A stretch of DNA of 27,326 nucleotides from a virus (Duplodnaviria > Caudoviricetes), in the IMG/VR virus record IMGVR_UViG_3300008453_005040, positions 1 through 27,326 of that record; one strand, written 5' to 3'. Position 1 is the first letter of the stretch, and each line of letters starts with the position of its first letter. The notes under the pieces are model-generated. The model was not told the origin of the DNA. It did not search any database and worked only from the letters and a program-made list of their open reading frames with translations. The position numbers and the translations under genes were made by a program. Of the stretch, positions 6,832 through 15,600 are shown piece after piece.

Positions 6832-7165
6832 CACCGAAGCCGAAACCCTGGGCCGTCGCCTCGTGGCCTGCAAGGGCTTTCGCGTCATGCGCGGCATGCT
6901 GGACATGCAGGGCAGGACGTGGGGGCGGGATCTCCTCTGGAGGTGGCGCAACGATCTAGACGTGCCGGACCTTCGCGACCCTGCCACGTTGGGATGCCTG
7001 CTTACGCTGGTGCGTGGTGCGTGGTGCGACACGCGACTGTCCTGTGTGCCTTGGCGGCTGGGATGGAGTGTCATGCGCGTTTGGCAAAACGAGTCGCACG
7101 GAACCGTGTCGGCAGGCGATACCGAAGCCGAGGCCCTCGTTGCCGCGCTAGAGGCCGCGCCCTAG
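6824..7165 (+). CDS. hypothetical phage protein
   Basis: likely start ATG 6824 (GGAG RBS); PDLRDPATLGCLLTLVRGAW...TEAEALVAALEAAP; ends just before a terminator. Confidence 0.75.
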   Translation: MTDTEAETLGRRLVACKGFRVMRGMLDMQGRTWGRDLLWRWRNDLDVPDLRDPATLGCLLTLVRGAWCDTRLSCVPWRLGWSVMRVWQNESHGTVSAGDTEAEALVAALEAAP

Positions 7166-7205
7166 CAGAAAGCCCCGGCGGACGAATCCCGCCGGGGCCT
7201 CTTGC
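7166..7205. terminator. probable bidirectional intrinsic terminator
   Basis: GCCCCGGCGG 7172-7181 / CCGCCGGGGC 7189-7198 with TTTCT tail on - and CTCTT on +, between convergent operons. Confidence 0.75.
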
Positions 7206-7356
7206 TCGTCCCGCACCATTACGGGCCTCGCCGCCGCTCCCCAAGTTCCAGCTTCAGTCGCGGCGAAGACGGCGTAACGGGAAAGCCCCCGCCGCGCACC
7301 ATGCGTAGCGAGGGCGGCGCGCTGTCGCCCCCACAGGGAGCGCGCTTCGGTGTCTC
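7206..7356 (-). ncRNA. candidate structured RNA (three consecutive hairpins)
   Basis: TCCCG/CGGGA, TTACG/CGTAA, CGCCGC/GCGGCG nested over 7209-7282; hairpin 7285-7315; GCGCGCT 7317-7323 / AGCGCGC 7339-7345. Confidence 0.35.
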
Positions 7357-7671
7357 TTATCCGCGCTCGACTACGAGGGCCTCCACGCGGCGTGCGTCTT
7401 CGCATTCGCCCGTGACGTAAGACACACGGAAGCCGGCGCCCCACTCCGCGCGAGCCTCGCGCATGGCACGCTTGCGGAGCTGACGCATACGCAAGGACTC
7501 GTCAGGCGCTGCTGCGCACGCATCATGCGAAACGAACCGCACGCGAAGAACCGCGGGCGTCACTTCCTCCACGCGCACCGAGAGCGTGAGCCCTATCGGG
7601 ATCTCGCACGCATCCAGGTAGGGCCGCAGCTCTGCGAGCGTGGCCACATCTGGTGGGTGTGCGCAGTCCAT
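7357..7671 (-). CDS. hypothetical protein downstream of endolysin
   Basis: 104 aa, TGATG overlap with endolysin stop. Confidence 0.6.
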   Translation of the reverse strand: MDCAHPPDVATLAELRPYLDACEIPIGLTLSVRVEEVTPAVLRVRFVSHDACAAAPDESLRMRQLRKRAMREARAEWGAGFRVSYVTGECEDARRVEALVVERG

Positions 7672-8477
7672 CAGGCCCCAGGGAGGGCAAGCAGGCGGGG
7701 GAACACTGACACGTCCTTAGCGGCCACGAGCGCGTCAGCGGCGGCAAGCGTGACACCCAGGAGCGACACAAGGGCCTGCTTCGTCTTCGGTCCAGGCATG
7801 CCGTCCACCTTTCCGATGTCCGCGCCCGCTCGCTGTAGGCACGCCTGAAGGATGTGCCCGTAGCTTTGGCAGTCACCCGAATGGCCCACGAGGATCGCGC
7901 CAACCTTCGCAGCCTCCTCGTACCCGAGGCGCTTAAGCACGCCCGCCAGGTCGCCCCAGAAGTCGAAATGCCACGCCTCGCTAGCGCCCTCGTCTGCGCT
8001 CTTGATGATCGGAGCCCAGCCGGTGGACTTCGCGCACTCCCACAACACGTCCAACTGCTTATCCGCAGGCACGCCTGGGAACTTGAGAGCGCCCAGGTGG
8101 ATGTCGATAGCCCGCCCGCCGTTGTGCATGCTGCGACCAGGCAGCGCGACAAACGCCGCCTTCATCGTGGCCGCGTTGAACGCAGCCGTCCCCGGCTTAG
8201 GCTTACCGGCCTTCGCCCAGGTGTCGTACTTCGTGCGCGCCGCCTGCTGCACGCCTACGTCGCGGTGAAGCTCGGTCACGCGGAAGTCGCCGCCTCGCGC
8301 AGTCACGGCCTCGTGGAGAGCGAGCAGCGCAGCCGCCGCCGCGGGCGTAGCGATGCCTGCCTTGCCCAGCTTGGTAAGCGGGGTGAGCGCATCGCGAGGT
8401 CCGGATGTGCCGCCCGTGCGCGCGTAGCTGGAGAGGATCCGAGGATCGACGGGAACCAGGGAGACGATACCGCTCAT
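7671..8477 (-). CDS. endolysin: M15-family Zn peptidase with C-terminal peptidoglycan-binding domain
   Basis: HRDVGVQ...PGRSMHNGGRAIDI (SxHxxGxAxD) ...EAWHF (ExxH); LQACLQRAG...VDGMPGPKTKQAL PG_binding_1-like. Confidence 0.92.
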   Translation of the reverse strand: MSGIVSLVPVDPRILSSYARTGGTSGPRDALTPLTKLGKAGIATPAAAAALLALHEAVTARGGDFRVTELHRDVGVQQAARTKYDTWAKAGKPKPGTAAFNAATMKAAFVALPGRSMHNGGRAIDIHLGALKFPGVPADKQLDVLWECAKSTGWAPIIKSADEGASEAWHFDFWGDLAGVLKRLGYEEAAKVGAILVGHSGDCQSYGHILQACLQRAGADIGKVDGMPGPKTKQALVSLLGVTLAAADALVAAKDVSVFPRLLALPGA

Positions 8478-9007
8478 GCCTTCTTTCCCTTGGCGCTCGC
8501 GCGCTTGGTCGAGGTTTCGATCACAGTCACGCGCTCTTCGAGCTCCTCGACCTGCACCACAAGCGGAGCCACGCGAGAGGACTTTGCGCGCATTTCATCT
8601 ACGGAAGTGGCCGCCGCTTGCGCCTTGCCTTCTGCTGCAGCAATGCGAGCCTCGATCTCGTTGTGCTTAGCGATGCATTGTGGGGGACTCACCGTGGGCT
8701 GGTTGGCCTTGAGCTCCATTTCGCGCAGCTTCAGATCGTGCGCCTCGCGGCTGCGCTGGCTGTAGAACTTCCAGCCGCCGGCCCCGAACAGCACGGCGAG
8801 AACGGCGACTAGCAGGCCGGCGCTTCCCTCTTGCTTGCCGAGGAGGCCCTGCAGCTCGCCCGCGGCGCTGGACGCCTCCGCGGTTACGTCATGCGTGGTC
8901 GCCTGGAGGCCCTCGATGCTGACAGGAACGACAGGCTCTTGAACCAGCGGCACCACATCGCCGACAGGCGCAGCGACAGGCTCGGTCACTTCGATAGTCT
9001 CAGGCAT
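8474..9007 (-). CDS. single-TM coiled-coil membrane protein (holin/lysis accessory candidate)
   Basis: likely start ATG 9007 (TAATG overlap); TM GLLVAVLAVLFGAGGW followed by coiled coil and basic C-terminus; immediately upstream of endolysin. Confidence 0.65.
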   Translation of the reverse strand: MPETIEVTEPVAAPVGDVVPLVQEPVVPVSIEGLQATTHDVTAEASSAAGELQGLLGKQEGSAGLLVAVLAVLFGAGGWKFYSQRSREAHDLKLREMELKANQPTVSPPQCIAKHNEIEARIAAAEGKAQAAATSVDEMRAKSSRVAPLVVQVEELEERVTVIETSTKRASAKGKKA

Positions 9008-9288
9008 TAGCGGGCTCCCGTGTGCGTGTGCGCCATGCTGGCGACGGCTGAAAGCTGGCGGTCGATAGCATCGAGGCGTCCTTCGATACGTCGGAGCGAG
9101 GCGCCGAGAGCCTCCAGCTGCGCGTCCGTGCGCGTGTCCTCGAGCTGCCCCGCCTGTGCGTCTTGGGACATGATGCCAAGAGCGCCACCGCCGCCGGCCA
9201 TCGCCGCGCCCAGCAGCAGCAAAGACCAAACAGGTACGGGCACCATTCGCCTAGTCCACGCGCTGTCGCTTGCGCCTGTGTCTGCCAT
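9007..9288 (-). CDS. single-TM coiled-coil membrane protein (holin-like candidate)
   Basis: start ATG 9288 with GGGGAGGT RBS; TM VPVWSLLLLGAAMAGGGGALGIM; LRRIEGRLDAIDRQL coiled coil. Confidence 0.65.
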   Translation of the reverse strand: MADTGASDSAWTRRMVPVPVWSLLLLGAAMAGGGGALGIMSQDAQAGQLEDTRTDAQLEALGASLRRIEGRLDAIDRQLSAVASMAHTHTGAR

Positions 9289-9317
9289 GCTGAATACCTC
9301 CCCACAGCGCGACAATA

Positions 9318-9350
9318 ACACAGACGCCAGCCACTAGAAGGCTGGCGACA
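9318..9350 (-). terminator. stem-loop between tail and lysis modules
   Basis: CGCCAGCC 9325-9332 / GGCTGGCG 9340-9347, weak U-rich tail TCTGTGTTATT. Confidence 0.5.
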
Positions 9351-9369
9351 TGTGGTTGAATTCGTGAGG

Positions 9370-9567
9370 TTAGACGCGGAATAGAACGACGTTCACATCT
9401 TCAGCATCGACCCCGGCGCAGTAGTCCTCGCCGAACTCCACCGCAGACACGCCAGCGGGAAGGCGATCGGTGTCGAGCGCAGGCATGGCGCCTTGCCCAA
9501 CCTTGAGCGTTTCCACGGACGGATAAACCTCTAGAATTGCCAACACGTAGTCGGTGATAGGTTCCAT
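9370..9567 (-). CDS. small acidic hypothetical protein (possible fibre chaperone)
   Basis: 65 aa MEPITDYVLAILEVYPS...; GAGGCAAGGAATG start just after the upstream stop; ORF-track start 9933 lies deep inside the 326-aa gene. Confidence 0.65.
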   Translation of the reverse strand: MEPITDYVLAILEVYPSVETLKVGQGAMPALDTDRLPAGVSAVEFGEDYCAGVDAEDVNVVLFRV

Positions 9568-9575
9568 TCCTTGCC

Positions 9576-10556
9576 TCAGTACGTCAGGACGCAGGCATCC
9601 TGCGCGGTATTGGTTGACGAGCCGACGATATATCCGACATCGACGCCACCGTTTCGCCAGACGTTCCCGCACACCGCATCGCGCGTGTACCAGCAGGAGC
9701 GCAGCACGCCCCAAAAGGTGCTGTTTGCCTGCGCCATCGGCATAGGAAGCCGGGGGATCTCGCCGCTTCGTGAGGTCCAGGCCGGCGGGAAGGCAGCAGT
9801 CCCTCCGGGTGTGAGCACGCGAGAAACCGGGATGATCGAGGTCGTGCCGATGTTGAACACGCCGCAATGGGCGACGGCGTTCGCCGTACCATGCGAGAGG
9901 ATGCCGGTCGCAGATCCGAAGTATTCGGACCACATGGTGGCCGCCATGTTGGCCGTACTTCCAGAGCCCGCCATCAGGTACACACGCCCGTCGCTCTCGC
10001 CGCCGGTCGTGGACGTGGTAGACATCGGGTCGATCCAGGCCCCGAGCGCCATACCGCTAGTGACCCCGGTGGCGCTCTCGGCGAGCACAACGACGCATTG
10101 CTCCTGGCTCTCCCAGAGGAAGACGCGGTCATATGCGATGGTCGCAAACACGCGCGAGCCTCGCCAGTAGCCGGAGAAGCCTGTGGTGAATGGCTGCGCA
10201 TTGAACCAGCTCGTGTAAGCGCCAGCGCCTCGCGCCATTCCGTACACGAGTACGTTTGTGGCTGTGGCTGTATCAGGCGTGAGGAACGTATACGCGCGTG
10301 CCGTAGTCGCGCCGCCGATGATGTAACGGAACCCCAGGGCGTTCGTCGGGGGATTTCCATAGGAAGCTTCCGTGGTGCCCGCGATCTGCTCGCGTGCCCA
10401 GGTCCAGGCCGAACCCGTCCCCGGCGTGCGTACCGCTCCGCTCGCGTAAGTCGTGGCGATGCCGAGCGTGTAGAGAGCGTCGAGGGCGCCGCTGATGGAC
10501 CCAGCGGCAAACGTCCCCATTCCGACATAGCGAAAGTTGGTGGTTGCGAGCGGCAT
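9576..10556 (-). CDS. putative tail-tip/receptor-binding virion protein
   Basis: 326 aa, G/T/A/S and aromatic-rich beta composition, end of tail module, TAATG overlap. Confidence 0.6.
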   Translation of the reverse strand: MPLATTNFRYVGMGTFAAGSISGALDALYTLGIATTYASGAVRTPGTGSAWTWAREQIAGTTEASYGNPPTNALGFRYIIGGATTARAYTFLTPDTATATNVLVYGMARGAGAYTSWFNAQPFTTGFSGYWRGSRVFATIAYDRVFLWESQEQCVVVLAESATGVTSGMALGAWIDPMSTTSTTGGESDGRVYLMAGSGSTANMAATMWSEYFGSATGILSHGTANAVAHCGVFNIGTTSIIPVSRVLTPGGTAAFPPAWTSRSGEIPRLPMPMAQANSTFWGVLRSCWYTRDAVCGNVWRNGGVDVGYIVGSSTNTAQDACVLTY

Positions 10557-11092
10557 TAGGTGATCGTCCCTGGGTAAGATTCAGCCGTGAACGCTACGGC
10601 GAAGGTTTCTACCTGCTCCACGATTTCGGCAGCTTCGGCTGTGAACGCCACGGCAGCGATCGGGATTGCGACCCATTGCAGGATGCCGCCTCGCCGCGCG
10701 AGCATGGTTTCATCCGTAGTCGCGGCAAGCGCCGCCGCTGTGCCGCCGCTGTTCCAGGTGGCCACCGCATTAGCCGCGCCCGTGTGCCCGCTGGAGCTCC
10801 AGCCGAGGCCAATAGTCGAGCTGTGCGCGGGGACTGCAGGCGTACCGTGCGAATGGTCGCCGCGTGCGTAGTCGGTGGACGTTCCGACAACCGGGGCCTG
10901 CCCGTAGCTAGTCTCGCTCACGACTGAGCTAGCAGGCGTGCCACCGCCGCCGCCGCCACCAGACGCGGAGACAGTCACCGTCAGCACGCTACCGCTGACA
11001 GTCTCGGTGATCGTGACGTTCGAGCCCGCGGCGATCTGAGCAGTCCGGACGAATTGCCCGACGCTGTTCCGTGTGAGAGGTACGCGCGCCAT
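10556..11092 (-). CDS. putative tail fibre-type protein
   Basis: IAAGSNVTIT motif, poly-Gly linker, GTSTDYARGDHSH (HxH knot motif typical of fibres). Confidence 0.65.
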   Translation of the reverse strand: MARVPLTRNSVGQFVRTAQIAAGSNVTITETVSGSVLTVTVSASGGGGGGGTPASSVVSETSYGQAPVVGTSTDYARGDHSHGTPAVPAHSSTIGLGWSSSGHTGAANAVATWNSGGTAAALAATTDETMLARRGGILQWVAIPIAAVAFTAEAAEIVEQVETFAVAFTAESYPGTIT

Positions 11093-12685
11093 TTATGCCC
11101 CGGCCTCGATGTATCGCAGAGTGAACAGGAGCGCGCCGGTATCCTCCCAGGTCACTCCCTCGATCAAGCAGAGCTGGTCAGCTGCTGCGACCTCTGCATC
11201 CGTCAGCGTCACGAGGTCACCGCGACGCAGCCAGCCTAGCTTGCGAGGTGCAGAGTATTGCACTCGCCTGGACGGCTGGCCGAAGCGGGCAGCCTGCGCG
11301 ATGCCGACGCGCACCGCGGTGGCGTCGTCGTGGACAACGGTTGTCTCCACAACCTTGCGCCGATTCCCGTACCGAGCGAACGGCGCCGCTAGCTGGCGAA
11401 TGGTCGTGCGGATGTCGTCCACCGTGGTGACCTCACCGGCAACGCGACGAGTCAGCGCGTAGGTTTCCTTCGCGGGGTTCCAGCCGTACCGGATCTCGAT
11501 GTGCGTAGCGATCTCGTCGCTGCCCTCGTAGGCGATGCGTCCCGCCCGCTCGATCTCAGGGTCGGCGCCTGTGTCCAAACTGGCGATAGCCGCAGACGTG
11601 GGAGGGTAGACAGGCCAGGAGTAGGGGTACACGCCCGTCGGGCCTGCCGCCATGGCGAACGGGAACACATCAGCGAGCACGCCCGTCACGTACTCCCCGA
11701 GCGTTACGGGCTCGTCGATATAGCCCGAGGTCGCGTAGGCGTTCAGCATGGAACGGGCTGCGTCCATGCGTCCCCAATCCACGCGGAGGGCCGAGCGCCG
11801 GAACACGTAGGAGAGCAAGTCACCGAGCCCACGGATCGCGTTCGCGCTTTCGTCCACCAGCGCCGCCCCTGTGTCCCAGATGGCGTGCAGCGGGTCTTCC
11901 AAGTTGAGCGATGTGCTCGCCGTGTTGACCACAACCCAGGCCACGATCGGCATACCTCGCGTCTGCCCGAAGACCTCGCGGATGTCGGTGTAGTAAATCG
12001 GGCACGTCTGCACAGTTCCGGCGGCGTCCACGATATCGACGCTGAAGGAGTCCACGTAGTGACAGGCGACTCCCAGGTAGACCGTACTGCCCACCGCACC
12101 GATGATCGGCGTGGGGCTCCCAGGTCGCGTACCGCCTCCAGGTGTGCCCCACACCATCGGGACGACTGAGCCGCCGTCCACCGCCTGCGCTGCTGGGTTT
12201 GTGCTCACAGCTTGAGCGAGCCAATCGGCGATCACGATCGAGTCAAGCGGGAGCGTGGTCTGAGTGTCGGCGATCATTTCCTCAAGGCTGCAGGTAACGG
12301 GCTCCCATTCGGCGCCATACTCCGGGTCCACGAGCTGGCCTTGGACGATCACGCGCCGCTCGCTCCAGGCCGTACCCTCTGCCCATTGCGAAAGCTCGCC
12401 CAGGGCGCCGTCGAGGGCGTGGCCTGCCTGCACCAGCTCAGGCACAGATACCGGAAGCGTGAAGGAGAGCGGCACCGAGAGGCGAGGCGCCTCGACGCTC
12501 CAAATCTCTAGGGCCTCCTCGACGGCTGGCGCGTCCACGAGGTCGGGCGTGGCCTCGATCGTATCGGTGCCGTCCGTGATGTCGAGCCGGTCAGTAGACA
12601 GGTAGAACGTCCCGCCCGCCCAGGTGATCGACAGCACCCAGTAGAGCTCCCCGCGCAGCTGCGCCTCGCTCCACCTGTCCGTCAT
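11093..12685 (-). CDS. tail tip hub (Tal-like) protein
   Basis: 530 aa, second gene after TMP; VPMVWG, IEIRYGWN, and C-terminal LRRGDLVTLTD...IEGVTW pattern of hub/central-tip proteins. Confidence 0.7.
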   Translation of the reverse strand: MTDRWSEAQLRGELYWVLSITWAGGTFYLSTDRLDITDGTDTIEATPDLVDAPAVEEALEIWSVEAPRLSVPLSFTLPVSVPELVQAGHALDGALGELSQWAEGTAWSERRVIVQGQLVDPEYGAEWEPVTCSLEEMIADTQTTLPLDSIVIADWLAQAVSTNPAAQAVDGGSVVPMVWGTPGGGTRPGSPTPIIGAVGSTVYLGVACHYVDSFSVDIVDAAGTVQTCPIYYTDIREVFGQTRGMPIVAWVVVNTASTSLNLEDPLHAIWDTGAALVDESANAIRGLGDLLSYVFRRSALRVDWGRMDAARSMLNAYATSGYIDEPVTLGEYVTGVLADVFPFAMAAGPTGVYPYSWPVYPPTSAAIASLDTGADPEIERAGRIAYEGSDEIATHIEIRYGWNPAKETYALTRRVAGEVTTVDDIRTTIRQLAAPFARYGNRRKVVETTVVHDDATAVRVGIAQAARFGQPSRRVQYSAPRKLGWLRRGDLVTLTDAEVAAADQLCLIEGVTWEDTGALLFTLRYIEAGA

Positions 12686-15600
12686 ACCTCCTCCTCGATG
12701 CGGATCGTGGAGGTCCGCACGATCTCACCATTCGCTGCGGAGCCGGTGATCCACTCTTCGCCTTGCACAGTCTCTACGCTCACGTCCGATACGATGCGCC
12801 CGTAAAGCATCAGGTCGGGATGGGACGCCTTCCACATGGTCCCGAGCGCCTTACGCTCGATCCAGGGCAGGTAGACGACAGGGGTTGCGCTTCCGTAAAG
12901 CTCGGACACGAGGCCCTCGACGGAGAGGGGAGCGTCAAAGTGCGTAGCCGCGGCTTCCCCTCCGGACGTTGCAGCCAGCACGTAGTCAGGCGGGGAGGCA
13001 GAGCGGAGCGCCGTCACATCCGATCCATCCGTCCACCCGAACTCAACCCCGCGGCGGGACGGCCCGAAGACCTGGGCGCGGCGGGTGCCGCTACGTCCCG
13101 TCGTCAGGTCCACATTCGCCGCACGATCAATCGAACGGCCCCACGAATACCTGCGACCGAACGCGAGGATGGAACCCAAGACCATCGTGCCGATTTGAAA
13201 GTAGCCCTCAACCGTGTGCTGCGCCTGGATGGTCAGTCGATAGCCCGAATACCGAGGGTCGTTGTTCCAGACCAGCAGGCCCGAATTGTGCACGATTGCG
13301 CCGTTCGTCCCGCTTGCCGCCATGCCGCTAATGTCTTGGAGCTGCAGCCGGATGCGACGTGCGGTCTGATTGGTCCAACTGCCTTCGCTGGACTTGCCGA
13401 TACGCTTAGCCGTCTGCCCTGCAGCCGCTGTGGTGTCTGGGACGAAGCGCGTGCCGTTCAGAGCGCCATAGCTCCAGAAGTAGCCGGCGCTCGTGGACGC
13501 GGACGTGTCGGGTTCGACGATCGACCCATTGCGCACCCAGCGCAGACTAGAGGCTTCCGCGCTCATGTCGATCACACCGATCGTCGTGTAAACGCCTGCG
13601 CCCGAGCGTCCTTCAAGCGTGGCCGTCCGGAAGTTGCAGCCGCCCAGGTAGAGCGCGCCCAGGGGGCCGCGGAGCGGAGACAGAGAGAGCGCCGTTATCT
13701 CGGTGTCCCACACGAGGACTTGCTGCGTGGTCACAGTAGAGCGCCACGGCTGGCGAGGCGACGGGGCAACGGCGGGAAGCACGTTCGAGATCCCGTAGGT
13801 ATACCTAGGCTCGATCGTCCAGGTATCGCCCGCAGTCGTCGGGCCGGAGATCGCGCGTACCGTGGTCCCAAAGTCCAAGGTCTGCGGGTATGCCGAGAAG
13901 GGGCGACCAGGGAGGCCAGCGGGAAGCGCGAGGTCGTAGACGCTAGACGCGCTCGCCGCTGCATTCCATCCGACGCCGTACCAGTTGCTTTCGCCGATCG
14001 CGAAGTTGCCCCACGTTACGGACGTGGCCGCAGCGACAACGCCACCGTTCACGAGGGCCGCGGTGTTTGCCACTCGCAGCGAGGGACGGAGCGTGATGAA
14101 GGCGCCCGCGCCTGTGCCCACGTACACGACAGCGCGACCGATTGCGCCGTCATTCTCCAGGAAGGCGCGCACCTGGATCACCGCGGCGGCGGTTACCGTC
14201 GTCGTCGCGATGGTGCCGCCTCCGACAGCATCGATCACCGATACCGTAGTCCCCGAGTAGGACACGCGGATCCCGTAGCTCTGCGTCCCGTTGGAGCTCG
14301 ACAGGCGCAGCTGAGAAGTCCCGCTAACAGAGCTCCACTCAGCAAACGCGGCGACCGTGTGCGAGGTCGTGAGCGCCGGCCCCGCCTGCGTGTAGCTGTT
14401 GACTACCAGGGCACCCGTGTTGATGTTCAGATACCCACCCGCGTTGAGCGTGACCGTTGGCGCGCCCACGGTTGCGAGCGTCCAGCCTGCGGAGTTGGGT
14501 AGCCAGTAGGGGAGCCACGTAAGGCGAGAGCCCAGGAGCCTGTCGGAGGTCGCTTCCGTGGCCGGCGCCCAGGGCATGCAGGCCGTCGCGTACCCTGCAA
14601 AGGTCGTGATCCCTACCTGCCCCGGCCAGGTCGGGGAGTCCCACGCGCTCACGAGGCGCAGCGTCCCGGCGTAAGCGGTGAGCGTGCCGCCGCTCCACTC
14701 CTGCCCGCCGGCAGAGAAAGCGACGTTAGGCACAGTCACGCTCGGCACGCCTACCGCCACGAACTCCTGGAAGATGTCGACGGTAGTCTTCGCGACCTGG
14801 GTCTGCTGCCCTGTCGAGAAGTCCACCGAGAACACGTAGGCCGTACCGTCTTCGTCGCGCGCGGCGCATAGCTCGGTAGAGTTCGCCAAGCGCCCGTCAG
14901 CGGTGAGCGCGGCAGAAGGAGCCGTGAGCGCGTCTAGCTCGATCGTCGGGACGGTTTGCCATCGCGTCCACGCGGAGGGCATCACCTTGTAAAGCACCGC
15001 AGAGCTGGCGCCCCATCGCACGTTGGAGCTCCCGCAGAAGACGACTAGGAACGTTCCAAGAGCGTTGGTCACGATGTCGTGAGCGCCGCCCGTGTATTCG
15101 TTGTCAGCAGTCGTGTTGTCCACGGCCTGCACGAGCGCGAAGCTGAAGCCGTTGTCTGCGCTCGCATACTGCCGGAAGCTGTCAGCGACTACCGCGGACG
15201 TGTCGCGGAAGGACAGGAGCATAAGCACTTGGCCGTTTGCGTATGCGGCGCGAAGTCGACGCGGAGCGGCCAGCGTGCCGTCCAGCTCGTCACGGATCAC
15301 GCTATCGGCGCTCTTCGTCCACGTCGCGCCGTCGTCGTCGCTCACCCAGGCGCGGATCGTGTACTGCCCCGAGGCGATCGCCTTGGTGGACAGAAGCAGG
15401 ATCTTCCCATCGGGAAGCGGGACCAAGGTGGGGCAATAGGTCGCGAGCGCCGTAAGCTGCGTGTCGATCGTGATCGTAGACGTGGCCGCTCCGACAGTCC
15501 GGAGAATGACCAGGGCGCTCGTGATGCCGGCAGAGGTGAAGCGATGCGCCGCCGTCAGCAGCGTCCCGTCGCTCGTGTGGACCGCGTGAAGGCTCCCGTA

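Noticed and set aside
7206-7356. tRNA or HDV/hammerhead ribozyme in the structured gap
   Set aside because: No cloverleaf with GTTCRA T-loop, no CUGAnGA/GAAA core and no HDV L3 consensus found by eye; kept only as an unclassified structure
8474-9933. Longer ORF-track versions of several genes (8474-9229, 9370-9933; likewise 457-939, 3637-4170, 6710-7165, 19692-20189, 22817-23473)
   Set aside because: Extensions overlap upstream genes in another frame; downstream starts have RBSs and/or stop/start overlaps
12763-14502. 579-aa plus-strand ORF and other long antisense ORFs (e.g. 21721-22770, 23503-24585, 7854-8765, 15079-16008)
   Set aside because: They lie antisense to well-supported genes, are Arg/Ala/Gly-rich without motifs, and are expected shadows of high-GC codon usage
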